Positions 1 to 10,263 of a stretch of 64,000 bases of DNA are shown piece by piece. The notes under the pieces are model-generated. The model worked only from the letters and a program-made list of their open reading frames with translations, did not search any database and was not told where the DNA came from. The translations under genes were made by a program, and so were the position numbers. This DNA comes from a virus. How positions within the stretch are numbered: the first letter of the stretch is position 1; each line of letters starts with the position of its first letter. The stretch is taken from the IMG/VR virus record IMGVR_UViG_3300045988_151163, positions 10,857 to 74,856 of that record. One strand, given 5' to 3'.

Positions 1-58
1 TTTCAGCTAATTCTGAAACTGTTGTACTAATTGATGTACTAAATTGAAATAAAGCCAT
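1..58 (-). CDS. tail fibre/receptor-binding protein paralog, N-terminal fragment (gene continues past window start)
   Basis: minus-strand ATG at 56-58, 8 nt after GGAGG SD; N-terminus MALFQFS resembles MALFYF of the 1377..2813 paralog. Confidence 0.45.
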   Translation of the reverse strand, partial: MALFQFSTSISTTVSELAE

Positions 59-70
59 AGTCTAACCTCC

Positions 71-1375
71 TTAATATATTCCAAACTTCTTCATAAGTAA
101 TTGAGAATTTTTAATAATCTCATCAGATGTTTGATCATGTTCTACTATACCTACATATTTAAAATTAGATACCCCTAATGAAGACAAATTTCCACAATGA
201 ACATTATCAAAAGTTCTAATAAATTCTCCGTTAATATATATTGATGCATTAGCAAGATAGAAAACATCTTTACTATATACAAAATCATTAAATTTTACTA
301 CATACATATTATATTTTAAAGGATCTTTATTTATTTCAAAATATTTATTTTTATCGGTACTTTCTCCAGTAGCTTGAATTTTTATTGTATTAGTTCCATA
401 AAAACATATTCCAGTAGATCCATTATCATAGTTACCTAAATCTAAGTAAGGCTGATTAGCACTCGTTTCTCCTCTTGATGCTATTACTATATAATAAATT
501 AAAGAATTAGAAGACTGAAAAATTTCTTCTTTGTTTGTATAAATTGCTCCACCTGTTCTACTAGATGTTATTCTTAATACGCTTTTATAAAAATTCTCTT
601 TATCAGTCTGATAAATACAACCTTGAAATTCAAAATTTCTATTATTATCAGTATCATACCACTTATGGTTATCTGAAACAAAAGTTGTTGCAGGATGCCA
701 TTCATGATCAACAAAACCAGCTGGTAATATCCATTGTTTTTTACTCCAGCTATGATAAATAATTTCTTCACTATAAGGTAAATAAAAAACTCCACCAATA
801 TTTATAAATTGTTTACCATCTTCATCTTTAACAATAGTCTTAAATGAAGTTGATCTCAAATTAGTTGAAACATAAAGATTATCTGCAACAATAGCCTCTC
901 CTGTTTCAGTATTTGGACTATCATTATAAACACATTTGGTTAACATAACTACATCATCTTTACCATCATCTGATTCATACGAATCAAACCTTCCTCTAAG
1001 AACATTAAACTGCGCGGCCAGCGTCTCTGAGATCTTCGGATTTGACACCAGTTGGTTCTTCACATTAAAATATACTCGGTTATATCTGGCTAATCCAAAA
1101 GTGCTTTCTGATTCAGTTCCATAATTATATAAAATAATAATTGTTTCATAACCAACTGTGTCACAAATATACCAATTAAATAAACTATTTGTAGTTGTTC
1201 CAACTAAATCATAATCTATTGTAACATTTTTATCATTTATTGACAAATTCAAATTACCAATATTACTAATATTATGCAGATAAATATTTGCACCATTACT
1301 TCTAGCCTCTTTTATTTTAGACTCAAGGTTGCTAATATCCGCGGCAGCCGCAATACTAAATTTGTATAATCCCAT
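71..1375 (-). CDS. tail fibre/receptor-binding protein paralog A (434 aa)
   Basis: ORF with GGAGGGG SD; shares about 170-aa N-terminal domain and motif NLYVSTNL-x6-FKTIVKD-x2-G-x2-FINIGGVFY with 1377..2813 and 2863..3540; divergent C-terminus. Confidence 0.6.
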   Translation of the reverse strand: MGLYKFSIAAAADISNLESKIKEARSNGANIYLHNISNIGNLNLSINDKNVTIDYDLVGTTTNSLFNWYICDTVGYETIIILYNYGTESESTFGLARYNRVYFNVKNQLVSNPKISETLAAQFNVLRGRFDSYESDDGKDDVVMLTKCVYNDSPNTETGEAIVADNLYVSTNLRSTSFKTIVKDEDGKQFINIGGVFYLPYSEEIIYHSWSKKQWILPAGFVDHEWHPATTFVSDNHKWYDTDNNRNFEFQGCIYQTDKENFYKSVLRITSSRTGGAIYTNKEEIFQSSNSLIYYIVIASRGETSANQPYLDLGNYDNGSTGICFYGTNTIKIQATGESTDKNKYFEINKDPLKYNMYVVKFNDFVYSKDVFYLANASIYINGEFIRTFDNVHCGNLSSLGVSNFKYVGIVEHDQTSDEIIKNSQLLMKKFGIY

Positions 1376-1376
1376 T

Positions 1377-2813
1377 TTACCCCTCCTGATCTAATCTAAA
1401 TTTTTTCATTAAATAATTTATATTATCTAAAATTTCTTCATTAGAAGTATCCCCAGGTTGAATACCTACATATTGTAAAGTTCCCATTTTTAAATTATTT
1501 TTAGAATAATCACTAATATAAAATGAAGATATCGTGACTGGAAATGAGGTATCTCTCGTATCTCTAGTTGCGGCAAGTTGACCTTCCCAACTTAAATTAT
1601 TATTTATAAACAAAGAAAAATCTATATTTTCATCATAATCAATATTTTTATGTTTTTTAAATTTAAAAGTGTATAATAAAACAGGAAAATTTGTAATATC
1701 ATAATTTGGTATCCAATATGTAGTATTTGAAGATGCTATTGGAAACATTTTTGGATTTGCATACGTAGAACTTCTTGGCATTCTGCATTTCAATCCTAAT
1801 AGAGTATCTCCATCAATACTTTTCTCATTTTTAAAAAGACCTGTTGGACTATTGTTTCCAAAAGTTTTATTTATTATTGTATCTCCTCTTTGGTCAAGAA
1901 AATCTATAGCAGGAAAAGAACTACCATAAAACGTATCTCTAGCAGATAAAATGGCATAAAGCGTAAATCCATTATCATCATTTTGAGGAATTGGAAAATT
2001 CCATTTTCCATCAAATAATATTTTATCTTTCTCTTTTTTTAGTTTATTTGGATTATAATAAGCAAAAGTTGCCAATAATCTTTTTCCAGAATCATATAAA
2101 CCACTTGGAACAAATTTAGTATTAGCATTCCATTCATATTTAATTCTGCCATCTGGCACAATAATTAAAATTGGACATGTACTATTAGCAATTACATAAT
2201 CAACATTATTAGTATAGAAAACTCCACCAATATTTATAAATCTATTACCTTCAGAGTCTTTAACAATAGTCTTAAAATTGATATCTTGTAAATTTGTTGA
2301 AACGTATAAATCGTCTGCAACAATAATTTCTCCATTATTTATTTCATTTCCATTATTAAAAGTGCATTTACTTAGCACAATAGAATCGTTACTCTTATTT
2401 TCATCATCAAAAGTATTAAATTTACCTTTTATTAAATTAAATCTATCTGAAAGAGTATCTTCTTTAAAAGGTATCTCAATCATTTTCTCTTTATATCTAA
2501 AGTATGCTCTATTATAAGTAGCGATACCTAAGGTATTATCTTTTCCATTTTCATTTACGTTTGGTGAATCACATAAAATAATTAAACTTTCTTGATTATA
2601 AGCATCACATAAATACCAAAAATATTGTGCTGTTGAAGCTTTAGATAACTCATATTGAATATTTAATTCAATCTCATTTATCTTTAAAATTACATTTGAT
2701 ACAGATACAATAGTATATGAAATATTCGCGCCTTCATTTCTAATTCTATCTAATTTTTCTTTTAGCAAAGACATATCATCTGATATATTTATAGTAAAAT
2801 AAAATAAAGCCAA
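1377..2813 (-). CDS. tail fibre/receptor-binding protein paralog B (478 aa, TTG start)
   Basis: TTG start 8 nt after AAAGGAGG SD; N-terminal domain and central motif shared with 71..1375. Confidence 0.6.
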   Translation of the reverse strand: MALFYFTINISDDMSLLKEKLDRIRNEGANISYTIVSVSNVILKINEIELNIQYELSKASTAQYFWYLCDAYNQESLIILCDSPNVNENGKDNTLGIATYNRAYFRYKEKMIEIPFKEDTLSDRFNLIKGKFNTFDDENKSNDSIVLSKCTFNNGNEINNGEIIVADDLYVSTNLQDINFKTIVKDSEGNRFINIGGVFYTNNVDYVIANSTCPILIIVPDGRIKYEWNANTKFVPSGLYDSGKRLLATFAYYNPNKLKKEKDKILFDGKWNFPIPQNDDNGFTLYAILSARDTFYGSSFPAIDFLDQRGDTIINKTFGNNSPTGLFKNEKSIDGDTLLGLKCRMPRSSTYANPKMFPIASSNTTYWIPNYDITNFPVLLYTFKFKKHKNIDYDENIDFSLFINNNLSWEGQLAATRDTRDTSFPVTISSFYISDYSKNNLKMGTLQYVGIQPGDTSNEEILDNINYLMKKFRLDQEG

Positions 2814-2862
2814 AGTTGTTACCTCCTTTTTCTCAAAATAAAAAGGGGCTTTATTAAAGCCC

Positions 2863-3540
2863 CTATTCAGTTGTTGATGTGCTACTCGGTTCTTTAGAAC
2901 TAATAGTTAAAATACTTGCAGAATAAGGTAAATAAAAAACTCCACCAATATTTATAAATTGTTTGCTAGTATCCTCTTTACTTTTAACTATTGTTTTTAC
3001 ACCAACGTTAATTAAATTTGTAGATAAATATAAATTATCTGAAATATTGATAGCATTAGCTGATGCTAAATTAGAATTAACTAATGCTCTGGTAATATAA
3101 ACATCATTTAAAGAAGTTATATTATATCTACCTTTTGGAATATTAAATAAATCACTTAAACTAAAACCATCAATAGAAACAGAATTTAAACATTTTAAAG
3201 TGTTATTATATTTACAAATAATTAAATTATATCTTTGATCTGCGCTACTTGTATTATTACCATCAATACCACTAAAACTTTCTCTATTTAAAATAGTACA
3301 ACATTCATAGTCTGGAGCATCACAAATAGTAATGCTCCATTGATATGAACCATTATAATTTCCAGTGGTTGGAAAAGAAAAAGTACACACATCTTCATCA
3401 ATAGTTAAAGAACAAGTAGTTCCACTTACCGTACAAGCCATATTACCATTTTTACTTGTTGCCCATTGAGTAACAAGAGTCTCAAACTCTTTTGGTAAAT
3501 TATTTATTGTACAATTTATAGTTTTATTAAAAATAGACAT
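2863..3540 (-). CDS. short tail fibre paralog (225 aa) carrying the shared C-terminal motif
   Basis: C-terminus DNLYLSTNL...KTIVKSKEDTSKQFINIGGVFYLPYS matches paralogs A/B; AAGGAGAAAG SD. Confidence 0.5.
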   Translation of the reverse strand: MSIFNKTINCTINNLPKEFETLVTQWATSKNGNMACTVSGTTCSLTIDEDVCTFSFPTTGNYNGSYQWSITICDAPDYECCTILNRESFSGIDGNNTSSADQRYNLIICKYNNTLKCLNSVSIDGFSLSDLFNIPKGRYNITSLNDVYITRALVNSNLASANAINISDNLYLSTNLINVGVKTIVKSKEDTSKQFINIGGVFYLPYSASILTISSKEPSSTSTTE

Positions 3541-3542
3541 TA

Positions 3543-5189
3543 CTAATTACTTTCTCCTTCCTCGGTCTTTATTGTTGTATTATATAAACTAACCAATGCA
3601 TTATATGCACTATCATCATTATCTGTATTGTAGTAAGATAAATTAGCTTTATAATCAGATTCAGAGACTTCTGTATCATAAAATTGAACATCTAAATCAT
3701 AAGAACTTAATCTATCTTCTACCTTCTTATAAACTCTACCCTTAATTGAAGTACCATAAATTTGTAAATCATATAAATTAAAAGCAGAATCAGAATGTGA
3801 AGTTAATTTAAACTTAGATGTAGGAATGTGGTTTACATATTTAACAATAGTAGTAACTTTAGAGGTATTTACAAAGGCATCTGCGGCATCCACCCAGATC
3901 CCAAGGTCTGGATTCCAAGTTTGTAAGACTGGAATACCATTACCCGTACTAGATACTACAAATTTTACCATATCTATTTGAACTTCCTCATTGAAGTTAA
4001 ATATTAAACTAAAATTAGAATCAGGTAAAGAAATTGAAGTATCTTCTTTTCCATCAAATAATTTATAAATATCTGTTTTAGCTATTCCTACTAAATTGTC
4101 TAAATCAAATCCACCTGCGGTTAAATTCGATAAATCACTATCTGCGGTTAAAGTATCCATAATTGGTTCATGCAATGCATCAAATGTTTCATTATTATGA
4201 TAAGAGATATAAAAATTATTCTGTTTAATATCTTTTAATAAATCTCTTAAATCCATTTGACCAGATTCGCCTTTGCCAACATCTATATAAAGATTACCAT
4301 GAATCTTAACATCGCCATTCTTATAAACTTCAAAGGCATTATTTCTTTGTTCCATAACGCCATTACCAACTTCAAAAACTGTTGTATTTTTATTGTCATT
4401 GTAAAAACCACAAACAGTCTGATAATCATATCCAGCTATAGTTCTGTAACCTTCTGCATGACATCCTAATTGTTGCTTCGCAGCATCGCCCACTTCAACA
4501 ACTCCGCCAGCCTGAGTTTCAACGCCCTCCGCATGGCAGCCTGAACTAAGAACTTTAGTTTGTACACCTTCCGCATGTCCGCCAAGAATTGCAAGATTTA
4601 ATTCATCTTTTTTGATTATTTCTTGGCTACCTGTTGTTTCTCCACTTACTGTACCATTTGCTGCGGTTTCGCCTACTTTAGTATCTATACCCTCAGCATG
4701 TGAGTAGTGACCAGCGGCTACCGCGCCACTGCCCTCTGTATGCGAACTTTGTCCACTTGCTATTGTTGATGAGCCTTCTGCATGTGCATAAAGCCCAGTT
4801 GTATTAGTCAAATATCCTTCACTATGTGAAGCTACTTCTTTAGACTTTGTAATCCATCCTTCTGCATGAGAATAATCTCCGCTAGCTTCACATTTATATC
4901 CCTCTGCATGAGATCCACTACCTGAAGCTATAGTTTGAAAATTCTGAGTAAAAGAATAATCTCCAGATGCGTTAGTCTCAAATCCAGTTGCTGTAGCGCC
5001 TTCACCGGTTGCGCTATTATTAGTATTTAAAGTAACACTATTATTGCCAATCGCGGTTTCTTCTTTTCTATTGACGCTAAGCGAGCCTTCAATAACAGGG
5101 TTTGTTCGACTTATCATTGTTTTTCTAGCTTGCTCGTCTCTAACATTATAAAGAGAGCCTTCTAGTTTTACCTGTGAAACTTCCTCCAT
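3543..5189 (-). CDS. tail fibre protein with about 10 tandem x-S-H-A-E-G repeats (beta-helix-like)
   Basis: repeats GSHAEGY, YSHAEGW, ASHSEGY, YAHAEGS, SSHTEGS, YSHAEGI, GGHAEGV, GCHAEGV, GCHAEGY read directly in the translation; SD AAAGGAG. Confidence 0.55.
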   Translation of the reverse strand: MEEVSQVKLEGSLYNVRDEQARKTMISRTNPVIEGSLSVNRKEETAIGNNSVTLNTNNSATGEGATATGFETNASGDYSFTQNFQTIASGSGSHAEGYKCEASGDYSHAEGWITKSKEVASHSEGYLTNTTGLYAHAEGSSTIASGQSSHTEGSGAVAAGHYSHAEGIDTKVGETAANGTVSGETTGSQEIIKKDELNLAILGGHAEGVQTKVLSSGCHAEGVETQAGGVVEVGDAAKQQLGCHAEGYRTIAGYDYQTVCGFYNDNKNTTVFEVGNGVMEQRNNAFEVYKNGDVKIHGNLYIDVGKGESGQMDLRDLLKDIKQNNFYISYHNNETFDALHEPIMDTLTADSDLSNLTAGGFDLDNLVGIAKTDIYKLFDGKEDTSISLPDSNFSLIFNFNEEVQIDMVKFVVSSTGNGIPVLQTWNPDLGIWVDAADAFVNTSKVTTIVKYVNHIPTSKFKLTSHSDSAFNLYDLQIYGTSIKGRVYKKVEDRLSSYDLDVQFYDTEVSESDYKANLSYYNTDNDDSAYNALVSLYNTTIKTEEGESN

Positions 5190-5257
5190 TATTAAACTCC
5201 TTTTTCTCTTATTTATAATAAATAATAAAACATATTAGCAAATTAAAGTAATATGAC

Positions 5258-7498
5258 CTAAATACGCTCATATGCTCTACTTGCGCTAATACTCATAGTC
5301 TGTTGTCCGTTTAAAGGTAAAGAAATGCTATTAACAATATAATCACCGTTAACGCCACTTATTTTATCATTAACAGTTATTCTTCTATTAACATCTAAAT
5401 AATAAATAGGAATAGAAGAAATAGATATTGCTTCAGCAAAACTTGTATTTTGATATAATAAATCTCTAAAAGTCTCAAGAGCAGTATAACCAGAAGAGTT
5501 CATTTCAATATTGCTATAAATATTTTTATCTACTTGAGATATAGCTTGACCTTCTTTTCCACACTTATTTCTCAAATAATCAGCAAATGTTATAGATACA
5601 CCTTCTTCGTTCTTAAGTTCTTTACCATATTCATCATAGCCAATTTCATCATCATCTTTATTGATAATAACAATATCTGGTATATCAAGATTATATATTT
5701 TATTGATTTTATCTTCTTGATGAGATAATATTCTAGGTCCAATAGAGTCAACTGAATAAGTTCCCATCGCAGTTGAAGGCTCAATAAAATCAATAAAATA
5801 TGGTAAATAATTTGGTTTATTTAATATATCAAATTTATACTTACCATATGATTGTGTCTCTTCATTATAAGCAGTAAAATCATATATTAAATTCAACAAA
5901 TCCATAAGCTCTTGTTCATAAATATCCGGTCTGATTTGACGCATATTTTTATACATTCCTCTAAAACATAATTCAACACGCCAATCTTGTGGTTGATAAA
6001 TATGAATATCACTTTGAGTTATAGACCAAATTGATTTATTCTCAACTTTATCTAAAGATTTTGTATCTATTGTATAAAATTCATTTTCTTCATTTTTAAT
6101 AGCTTCTCTTCTATTCTCTTGAGGAGTATCATCTTTTGCAATAAAACTTAAAATTTCATTATCTATCTTAACATCTTCTAAATTTTTTGCTCCATCAAGA
6201 ACTTGTATTTTACCAGAGTATTTAGTAGAATCTTGATCATCTCGTAAAAACCTAACTGCATAATAATTTAATTCACTTGGCTTTTCTTTAATTACAACAT
6301 GATAATGAATTGCAATATCATTATCAGTCTTTCCCCAAATATGATAATCATTCTTTATATTTTCATAACTTGGAGTATTGCTAATAGAAGTAATTAAACC
6401 ATTATTTGTATTAAATTCATACTCAACTTTACTATTACTACTAAAATCTACTTGATAATTTTTATTATTTATTAAATAAATATTGTTATCTGCACTTGAA
6501 GTGAAACTTCCATCTTCATTTTTTCGTCCATAATTAGCTAACTGGTATGGATTATAAGAAAGCATTCCACTTTCATCAACAGTCAATTCGTCATATGATG
6601 TATTCAAATAATTTTTCTTTTCTTGAAAAATAAAATGTCCATCTACATCATAAAAATATTCATAATTACCCAATGTACTAACAATAGTATCAAGAACAGT
6701 ACAAACATTATCTCCAATATTTGAAACTAATTCACCAGGGTATGTAAATGAAGTATAAGTATATCCTATCTCATCCCCAGCTTCATATGTCTTCCAAACC
6801 GCGGGTGTTTTACTTGAAGTAACTTCATTTGAATCTGTTGTAAAATGACTATCTTCTGTATTAAAATATAATGTTTGAGAACCTTGCCAATGTACAATTT
6901 GTTTTAATTCTCTTGGGATATCTGTAATATAAACATTAGATATTCCTTCTCCACCATAATTTACAACAAGAGTCTGAATAATGTCAAATATTAACTGCGG
7001 CAATGTGGTTACGTTTCCCTCACTATCTAGCTGATCATACTCATGGAACGTGATACTGGTAGGTAATCCGCCGCCCATTGAACCATTAAGCAAACACATT
7101 TTATCTTGTAAACTTAATGAAATAGTTACACTACCTAAATTATGGGAAATACTTGGTTGCTGAATTAAAAATATTCCTTGCTTAAACCAAATAATATCAT
7201 CATATTTTAAATCTATGTTATTTTCAAATCCAACATATAAAGCAATTCTTTTACTTATTGATAACAAATTATCTACATCTGTTAAATCATTATCTACTTC
7301 ATCAGCTACGAAAGTTAAACTAGCAGTTCTTCTTAATGAAGAGGAGCCATTTATATTGATATTGCCAGTAGAAACTCTACCGACAATATCACTAATAGGT
7401 TTTTCTTCTGAATCTAGAACTTCTATTTTAACATAGCATTGCTTTAAATTATCTTCATCTAATTGTTTTAAAAAATCTTTATCTAACATATAATTCAT
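5258..7498 (-). CDS. tail/baseplate structural protein (746 aa)
   Basis: large ORF in tail module, SD GGGGAGG; function inferred from position only. Confidence 0.4.
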   Translation of the reverse strand: MNYMLDKDFLKQLDEDNLKQCYVKIEVLDSEEKPISDIVGRVSTGNININGSSSLRRTASLTFVADEVDNDLTDVDNLLSISKRIALYVGFENNIDLKYDDIIWFKQGIFLIQQPSISHNLGSVTISLSLQDKMCLLNGSMGGGLPTSITFHEYDQLDSEGNVTTLPQLIFDIIQTLVVNYGGEGISNVYITDIPRELKQIVHWQGSQTLYFNTEDSHFTTDSNEVTSSKTPAVWKTYEAGDEIGYTYTSFTYPGELVSNIGDNVCTVLDTIVSTLGNYEYFYDVDGHFIFQEKKNYLNTSYDELTVDESGMLSYNPYQLANYGRKNEDGSFTSSADNNIYLINNKNYQVDFSSNSKVEYEFNTNNGLITSISNTPSYENIKNDYHIWGKTDNDIAIHYHVVIKEKPSELNYYAVRFLRDDQDSTKYSGKIQVLDGAKNLEDVKIDNEILSFIAKDDTPQENRREAIKNEENEFYTIDTKSLDKVENKSIWSITQSDIHIYQPQDWRVELCFRGMYKNMRQIRPDIYEQELMDLLNLIYDFTAYNEETQSYGKYKFDILNKPNYLPYFIDFIEPSTAMGTYSVDSIGPRILSHQEDKINKIYNLDIPDIVIINKDDDEIGYDEYGKELKNEEGVSITFADYLRNKCGKEGQAISQVDKNIYSNIEMNSSGYTALETFRDLLYQNTSFAEAISISSIPIYYLDVNRRITVNDKISGVNGDYIVNSISLPLNGQQTMSISASRAYERI

Positions 7499-7500
7499 GA

Positions 7501-9393
7501 CTATACCTCCCCTGGAGTATCTGCACTTAATATGTGAAGTTGCGGATGCGCGATTGTCACAGTTTTAGTATTACAATATACTAAAGTATCACAAAATCCA
7601 TATTTAGTCAAATTCTCAACAGTATAATCTGCTATTTCTATTATTGTTGCACTGAAATTATAAGTTAATCTACCAAGCTGAGTATTAGGTGATAATGATA
7701 CATTAGTCAATCTAACAATCATATTGCCCTCTTGAGTAGATTTATATACTTTTCTCTTTCCATCCATTAAGAATTCTATAACCAAATTTCTAAATTCTCT
7801 TTCTCTAATATGATCATAATGGTCTATTCTATTTTCAGTATTATAATCATCATATAACCCAGCAATTACAGTAGAACCATACATTTTCTCTCTTGATGTA
7901 AAAGTATTGTTATCATCCATATTAAAACTAATAATACCACCAATAGAGAAAGTCTTGTTTCTAGTTCCACCTGTTCTAGTGATAAAAGGATATTTACCAC
8001 CAATAGTATCGGTAATAGATTCCTGTACATTAACATTAAAATTAGAAACAGTATAATCATAAGGAATTTTTAGTTGTCTGCCATCTGCATCATATAAATA
8101 AGCATATTCATAATTTCTTAAAATAGGCTTTTCTGTTTTGTTTAAACTACTCTTTGTAGAACCATCATCTTCAATTTGTTGAATACCATATTTATACCAA
8201 ACACCACTTTCCGCAGTATTATCAAAGAAATAAAAATCTGTTTTATATTCTTCTTCAATAAAAGGTAAAGTGATAGTTTGAATAGTATCCCACATAGTAA
8301 ACTCATTGCTTTCATCTGTATCTTCATAATGAATACCAGATTTTATTCTACTATCTGCGCGGCGGACGACGTATGTTCCCGCAGTTGCAGCATTAAGGTT
8401 ACCAATATGCAAGCATACTCGCCCCTCATCTTCCTCGAGCCCGCGATCAGTTAAAGTCTTAAATTTAGAATCTGTACTATAATCAATCGTTTCTATTGTT
8501 AAAGGGTTTTCTGCAACGCCAAAAGCGGCTTTAACTTTAAAAGCAATTTCTCCAGATTCATAGTAATTTATAGTTGTATATTGTAATCCAACAGTATAGA
8601 TTGCTCCATTAACTAAAGATGTCTTAAATCTATATTTTATTTGATTTACGTCATAAAATTTACTTGCATAAATAATGTCACTATCTTCAATTTTCATATT
8701 TGAATCAATGACATTTCCTTTATATAAAGAAACCCTATAACTTCTAAGAGTTTCACTTTCGTCTATATTATAATATTTACCTAATACTTCTATTGTTTCA
8801 GAATTTACTGTATAAGTATCAGCAGAATCTCCTGTGTAATATCCAATACTAGGTATTCTAATTGTTGCTTGACCTATTGCTTTAGTAACTACTATTGTAG
8901 ACCATTCAGAAAAATTACTTGCATTTTCTGAAATCCAAGCTTGTTGTCCTTTAGTATAAGTAGTTGGATCATATTCAACCTTACTAAATCTTAATTGAAT
9001 TGAATAAATTCGACCTGGAATAAACCCACTAAAGCCTGGATAAGCAGTATCAGTTCCTTTTATATCTTCATTTAAAATCTTTGTTACGTAAACACCATCT
9101 TGTGATGTTTTCTCCCAACCCATATTAAGAATAATTCCTGTTTTTCTATAATGAATATTAGAATCTTCTTTATTAACTGCGCTTGTCGCATCTGATTGAT
9201 AAGTAACAACAGCATGTAATTTTATTGATGAATCAAATTCTATTACATTAAATTTTGATAACGAAAAATAAATATTACATGCTGGTTTGTTACCCTCAAG
9301 AGGCTGATCTGTTGCAGTATCAATAGTTTGCCAAGTAACAAAAGAAGGAGCATAACTATTGACAATGGGTGGGTATAAATCATAGCTTGCCAA
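7501..9393 (-). CDS. tail/baseplate structural protein (630 aa)
   Basis: large ORF in tail module; position only. Confidence 0.4.
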   Translation of the reverse strand: MASYDLYPPIVNSYAPSFVTWQTIDTATDQPLEGNKPACNIYFSLSKFNVIEFDSSIKLHAVVTYQSDATSAVNKEDSNIHYRKTGIILNMGWEKTSQDGVYVTKILNEDIKGTDTAYPGFSGFIPGRIYSIQLRFSKVEYDPTTYTKGQQAWISENASNFSEWSTIVVTKAIGQATIRIPSIGYYTGDSADTYTVNSETIEVLGKYYNIDESETLRSYRVSLYKGNVIDSNMKIEDSDIIYASKFYDVNQIKYRFKTSLVNGAIYTVGLQYTTINYYESGEIAFKVKAAFGVAENPLTIETIDYSTDSKFKTLTDRGLEEDEGRVCLHIGNLNAATAGTYVVRRADSRIKSGIHYEDTDESNEFTMWDTIQTITLPFIEEEYKTDFYFFDNTAESGVWYKYGIQQIEDDGSTKSSLNKTEKPILRNYEYAYLYDADGRQLKIPYDYTVSNFNVNVQESITDTIGGKYPFITRTGGTRNKTFSIGGIISFNMDDNNTFTSREKMYGSTVIAGLYDDYNTENRIDHYDHIREREFRNLVIEFLMDGKRKVYKSTQEGNMIVRLTNVSLSPNTQLGRLTYNFSATIIEIADYTVENLTKYGFCDTLVYCNTKTVTIAHPQLHILSADTPGEV

Positions 9394-9416
9394 TTTATAA
9401 CCCTCCTTTTTCTCTT

Positions 9417-9905
9417 CTATCGCGGCGGTTGGTTAGGGAGATCTCTAAGCGCACTCACTAGACTCTCTGCATACGAGTTGCCGCCTTCCTCAACATAATC
9501 ACTAAATCTTCTATTAACAGTATCCATTGAAAAGTCATCTACCCAGCCTTGTTTTGTGAAAAAATGATGTTTTTCTACAAGCCAGCTTTTTATATCATTT
9601 CGGTCTGATGTTACTAATCTTTTTATACTATTTTTGTTATCTACTAATTCCTCTTTTATCTCTTGTATGTCACTTTTTATTTCTTGGTGTTCTTTTTTAT
9701 GCTCGTCAAAGTCTTTTTTTAATTCATTTAATTGTTCTAGTATTTTATCCTCGTTCTTTTTTTCTTCCTCTTCTTTTCCAAAATGTTTTTTTAGTATATT
9801 ATAAAAATATTTAAGTAATTCAATTAACTCTTTGAAAGCAATCAACACCATAAAAATAATAATGGCAATAGTTGTAGCTGAATAACTAGATAATAGGTTA
9901 AGCAT
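9417..9905 (-). CDS. membrane-anchored coiled-coil protein (N-terminal TM helix; holin-like or assembly factor)
   Basis: hydrophobic stretch TTIAIIIFMVLIAF followed by K/E-rich coiled coil; SD AAGGAGG. Confidence 0.35.
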   Translation of the reverse strand: MLNLLSSYSATTIAIIIFMVLIAFKELIELLKYFYNILKKHFGKEEEEKKNEDKILEQLNELKKDFDEHKKEHQEIKSDIQEIKEELVDNKNSIKRLVTSDRNDIKSWLVEKHHFFTKQGWVDDFSMDTVNRRFSDYVEEGGNSYAESLVSALRDLPNQPPR

Positions 9906-10027
9906 TTTATCTATTCCTCCTTGGGTTTATTCATTTCTCAAAATATATCAAAGCTGCCCAAAGAGTATAATCTTATAACGACCAAATGCGGTCACAGGCT
10001 ACTATTAACCCATGACCGCACCAATCA

Positions 10028-10204
10028 TTACTCTTCCTCAGTAGCCTCAGCTGTAGGCTCTGATTTAGTAGAAGCATTTTTCAATGCATTCTCATGCATT
10101 TCATAAACATCTCTCCAGATGTCTTTCATTACATAATATATTGCATCTATTGGAAGATTACTATTGTTAACCGCAGTTACTATAGTTTGTCTAAGTTCAT
10201 CCAT
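10028..10204 (-). CDS. small acidic protein (58 aa)
   Basis: not in ORF track; ATG preceded by AAAGGAG SD (rc of 10209-10216); overlaps weaker plus-strand ORF 9921..10106. Confidence 0.4.
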   Translation of the reverse strand: MDELRQTIVTAVNNSNLPIDAIYYVMKDIWRDVYEMHENALKNASTKSEPTAEATEEE

Positions 10205-10263
10205 TAGTTAGTCTCCTTTATCTCTTTATTTAAGTATAACAAAAATTTTTTATTTTGTCAATA

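Noticed and set aside
9417-9905. Confident holin call for the TM+coiled-coil protein
   Set aside because: It has a single N-terminal TM followed by a long coiled coil, is not adjacent to a recognisable endolysin, and sits within the tail gene cluster. It is kept only as membrane-anchored protein of unknown role.
9921-10106. Plus-strand 61-aa ORF
   Set aside because: It lies in an otherwise all-minus operon, has no RBS, and overlaps a better minus-strand 58-aa ORF with an AAAGGAG SD.
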